DNA of 36,933 nt. Source: a virus (taxonomy: Duplodnaviria > Caudoviricetes). The notes under the pieces were generated by a model, which saw only the letters and a list, made by a program, of their open reading frames with translations, made no database searches and had not been told where the DNA came from. The stretch is taken from IMG/VR virus record IMGVR_UViG_3300032254_000019, positions 1-36,933 of that record; one strand, 5' to 3'. The translations under genes were made by a program, and so were the position numbers. This document shows positions 34,151 through 36,933 of the stretch, one piece after another. Numbering within the stretch: the first letter of the stretch is position 1; every line of letters begins with the position of its first letter.

Positions 34151-35896
34151 TCACGCAGCGCTCCCCCATAGAATGCTTCTAGATTTATTACGTCCAAGCA
34201 TAAGCTCTCTTAGTGCATACACAGCAGCATCTAACCTATTCGGCGATGGTCCTGACCCGTCATATATACACATCTCGTCCTCAAGTTTAGAAAACGTACC
34301 AACATGTTTAATCCGTTCTTGTTCATATAGCGCTGCAATAGGTTCAGCACGTAGTATCTTGCCCTGGCTCGCATGTATCAACTTAACCGGCACATTCGGG
34401 TCGATAGTGTGGATTGTATGCTCGACCATCTCACCGCCTTGATTCTTCTCTGCGACAATTATATCCGCATCAAAGTTATGGAATGTATCCACTGCTATCT
34501 GTGCCCACTCACGTGGACTCCCTTGAACTGAGTAATCACCTAGTAAATACCCCACTTTGTCACTGTCAATCCCGGCGACGCAAATACCGGCTTCATCACC
34601 TGTACTTGACCCTGAGGGGTCGACACCGACTGCTTTACGGATGATATTATCCGGCGCTGTAGATATACGCACTTTACTGAGGATATCATAGTTCCACAAC
34701 GCACCCTCAACGTCGTCAAGAATCTCAGCATTAAGCTCTTGCCGTCCTATACGTGTCCCCTCATATTGGGAAATGATCTGCTCTCTAAAAGTCTTCGATA
34801 GATTAGCAAAATTATCATACGTGGACCCTCGGATAATATATACATCATCACGCTGGATAAGATCTTTAAGTAGCTTTATCGGTTTAGGTGTAGTCGTCAC
34901 GGCGCATTGAGACCGCCCTAATCTGAGTCCAAGCATTAAGTTCGACCAGACATCTTCAATCTTGTTCCTGCCATACGACGCCATTTCGTCCACCCATGCC
35001 GTATCATGTGACGGGCCACGTAATTGCTCTGGATCTTCCGCCGTAAAAATCGTCGCCCTCGCACCATTAGCCCACTCAACACGTCGCTTTGACGGCTCGT
35101 ATACTGGACGGTCTCGTTTTGGATGGACTGCAAGTATTCCTGACTCGCCCTCAACCATAACACCACGTGCGTCGGCGGCTGATTGTGCGACGAGGGCAAT
35201 ATGTCCGGCTCCTCTCTGTACCTGCTCTCTTACCCACTCTGCCGCTGTGCGTGTATTGTGCGTTGGGATGCAGTTATTACCCGCAAGGTATAATCTAGAT
35301 GGACTGTCAACTGTGATGCACCGTACTGGCACTGAATCTACAGCTATAATCTCTTCAATAGTGACCCTACGTGCCTGTAGCCCGTCGACTTCAGGGCATA
35401 AAATTGAGCATTTATGGCTGTGTTTTTCAATAGCATGTTTTATTCTATGCGTCTCAAGTGTGAAATAACGATCTGGAAAAGCCTCAAGCTCTATGCGCCA
35501 TAAATGTTCTGAGTCTGCTACGATTCGCTCACCATCTGAGAACCTCACCTCGAAACAGTCACGGTCATATAGTACGTCGTGTGCTTTCTCCACCATACAA
35601 TACTCACCGTGCTCATCTGCTACGATATCGCCTGTCTCCAGCTCGCCCATGGTGCTCCACCCATCAGCTGTTAGAATAGGTGTGTCCAGCGCCAGCGCTT
35701 TCCCGAACCCTCGGCCTGCAAGTAGAAGGTAAATAGAGTGATTCGTATCTGGCAATATTTGGTTATCCCGCGCCCAGCCCCTCCAATCGTAAAGGATTGC
35801 CTCTGCTTCAGCCTCGGACATTTTATTTACAGCGTCAAAAAAAGTATCCCGCCCTACTTTCTCGATTAAATCCCGATACTTAACTTGCCCATTCAT
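34151..35896 (-). CDS. terL: Terminase large subunit containing an intein
   Basis: Walker A AGRGFGK/T, LRGP, Walker B WVDE, TTTPK, nuclease VGVDPS, SPNRLDA. Confidence 0.95.
   Translation of the reverse strand: MNGQVKYRDLIEKVGRDTFFDAVNKMSEAEAEAILYDWRGWARDNQILPDTNHSIYLLLAGRGFGKALALDTPILTADGWSTMGELETGDIVADEHGEYCMVEKAHDVLYDRDCFEVRFSDGERIVADSEHLWRIELEAFPDRYFTLETHRIKHAIEKHSHKCSILCPEVDGLQARRVTIEEIIAVDSVPVRCITVDSPSRLYLAGNNCIPTHNTRTAAEWVREQVQRGAGHIALVAQSAADARGVMVEGESGILAVHPKRDRPVYEPSKRRVEWANGARATIFTAEDPEQLRGPSHDTAWVDEMASYGRNKIEDVWSNLMLGLRLGRSQCAVTTTPKPIKLLKDLIQRDDVYIIRGSTYDNFANLSKTFREQIISQYEGTRIGRQELNAEILDDVEGALWNYDILSKVRISTAPDNIIRKAVGVDPSGSSTGDEAGICVAGIDSDKVGYLLGDYSVQGSPREWAQIAVDTFHNFDADIIVAEKNQGGEMVEHTIHTIDPNVPVKLIHASQGKILRAEPIAALYEQERIKHVGTFSKLEDEMCIYDGSGPSPNRLDAAVYALRELMLGRNKSRSILWGSAA
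35255..35698 (-). mobile_element. Mini-intein (148 aa, Ala-start, class 3 signature) in the TerL Walker A motif
   Basis: GFGK|ALALDTPILTADGW...ADSEHLW...PVRCITVD...IPTHN|TRT. Confidence 0.93.
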
Positions 35897-36201
35897 GATA
35901 GATTCTCATATACCATAAAATCTTCAATGTCAGTGCTCCATGTTCCGCCAGGGAGGGTAATAACGGCCTGAACATACCATCTACCTGTCATGTCAATGTC
36001 ACCAACTACTGTGGTGTATTTCAGGAGTCCATCAGTGCCGTTTGTTACAAACGATGCCTGTCTCAATATAACAGAACCACCTGGTTTTTTGAATTTAATC
36101 GTTTTGGACGTAGATGTAGATACATCTACAACGGCACCATCATTAATCTCAAATTCAAACAGTGTCCCTATATCGCCTTCGTGCACTTCGTCTATAGCCA
36201 T
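35893..36201 (-). CDS. BppU-N-like beta-sandwich virion protein (ORF track start 36213)
   Basis: GDIGT.F, FKKPGG, DGLLKY....GDID..GRW..Q. Confidence 0.6.
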   Translation of the reverse strand: MAIDEVHEGDIGTLFEFEINDGAVVDVSTSTSKTIKFKKPGGSVILRQASFVTNGTDGLLKYTTVVGDIDMTGRWYVQAVITLPGGTWSTDIEDFMVYENLS

Positions 36202-36202
36202 T

Positions 36203-36933
36203 TTATAAATCAACCTTAAATGTTTTTACACGTACAATATTAAGCTTAAATGGTTTTACACGTACAATATTAAGCTTAAACTCAAGCGTATCGCCAATTA
36301 TTGTTACTTCTGGTGTGTAGTATGTAGTCCCATTGATTGCGGTGTTTAAAGTGATGTCGCCGTCAATATCAGCATTTAAAGTAAAATCAAGCGTCGAAAC
36401 AACCGCTATAGGTACAGGTATATCTCCACCAATGGTATTTATAGATGTATAAGTGACTTGGCTTGCTACACCTATGGGGATAGAGACCGATCCAGAAAGG
36501 TCAGCGTTAAGCGTATAGTCAGTCGTACCCGCTACGCTCACCGGGACGGTTACATCTCCGATAATTGCACCGCTTGATAGATAGCTCGTCGTACCCGCTA
36601 CGCTCACCGGGACGGTGACTGCCCCAGAAAGGTCAGCATTAAGCGTATAATTGGTCGTACCCGCTACGCTCACCGGGACGGTTATATCTCCAATAATCCC
36701 ACCGCTAGATAAGTAGCTGGTCGTACCCGCTACGCTCACCGGGACGGTGACTGCCCCAGAAAGGTCAGCATTAAGCGTATAATTGGTCGTACCCGCTACG
36801 CTCACCGGGACGGTTACATCTCCGATAATTGCACCGCTAGATAAGTAGCTTGTCGTACCCGCTACGCTCACCGGGACGGTGACTGCCCCAGAAAGGTCAG
36901 CGTTAAGCGTGTAATCGGTCGTACCCGCTACGC
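36203..36933 (-). CDS. Tandem-repeat beta-rich protein, 5' end outside window
   Basis: Frame open to the window edge; 22-aa repeats. Confidence 0.85.
   Translation of the reverse strand, partial: VAGTTDYTLNADLSGAVTVPVSVAGTTSYLSSGAIIGDVTVPVSVAGTTNYTLNADLSGAVTVPVSVAGTTSYLSSGGIIGDITVPVSVAGTTNYTLNADLSGAVTVPVSVAGTTSYLSSGAIIGDVTVPVSVAGTTDYTLNADLSGSVSIPIGVASQVTYTSINTIGGDIPVPIAVVSTLDFTLNADIDGDITLNTAINGTTYYTPEVTIIGDTLEFKLNIVRVKPFKLNIVRVKTFKVDL
36221..36280 (-). repeat. 30-bp tandem duplication (FKLNIVRVK x2)
   Basis: TG(T/G)TTTTACACGTACAATATTAAGCTTAAA twice. Confidence 0.9.
36490..36933 (-). repeat. Coding tandem repeat, 66-bp units of two alternating types (132-bp period)
   Basis: Recurring GTCGTACCCGCTACGCTCACCGGGACGGT; VTVPVSVAGTT+SYLSSGAIIGD alternates with VTVPVSVAGTT+NYTLNADLSGA. 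Confidence 0.95.

Larger units (their letters stand above)
1..36933. mobile_element. Siphovirus-like phage/prophage genome segment
   Basis: Terminase-portal-protease-capsid-neck-tail tube-TAC-tape measure-tail tip-lysis order on the minus strand, plus a phage replication module; no host housekeeping genes. Confidence 0.97.

Noticed and set aside
36490-36933. CRISPR array
   Set aside because: The would-be spacers repeat in alternation, the unit is a multiple of 3 within an open frame, and no cas operon is present
1-36933. Integrase/IntI, small terminase, tRNA, purZ or diversity-generating retroelement genes
   Set aside because: No recognisable motifs in this window; they may lie outside it

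Overview
This window is most of a tailed dsDNA (siphovirus-like) phage or prophage genome. Positions 1-3.4 kb hold an accessory region of short + strand ORFs. These are separated by at least 7 intact or near-intact integron attC-like imperfect palindromes, plus one degenerate site and one lone core. No integrase gene is visible in the window. The attC asymmetry reads canonically on the minus strand, so the genes are antisense to the sites, and several take their RBS, start codon and N-terminal leader from the attC itself. Positions 3.4-14.1 kb are a replication module: P4/D5-type primase-helicase, Cro-like HTH, a family A DNA polymerase split into two ORFs by two small genes, PD-(D/E)XK nuclease, DEDDh exonuclease, an NrdJb/TSCPD-like protein, VRR-NUC, SNF2 helicase and an SSB-like protein. 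Positions 14.1-36.9 kb (minus strand) hold lysis, tail and head genes, a terminase large subunit with an Ala-start mini-intein, and a truncated tandem-repeat protein. All product calls come from motifs recognised by eye and gene order; no database searches were run.
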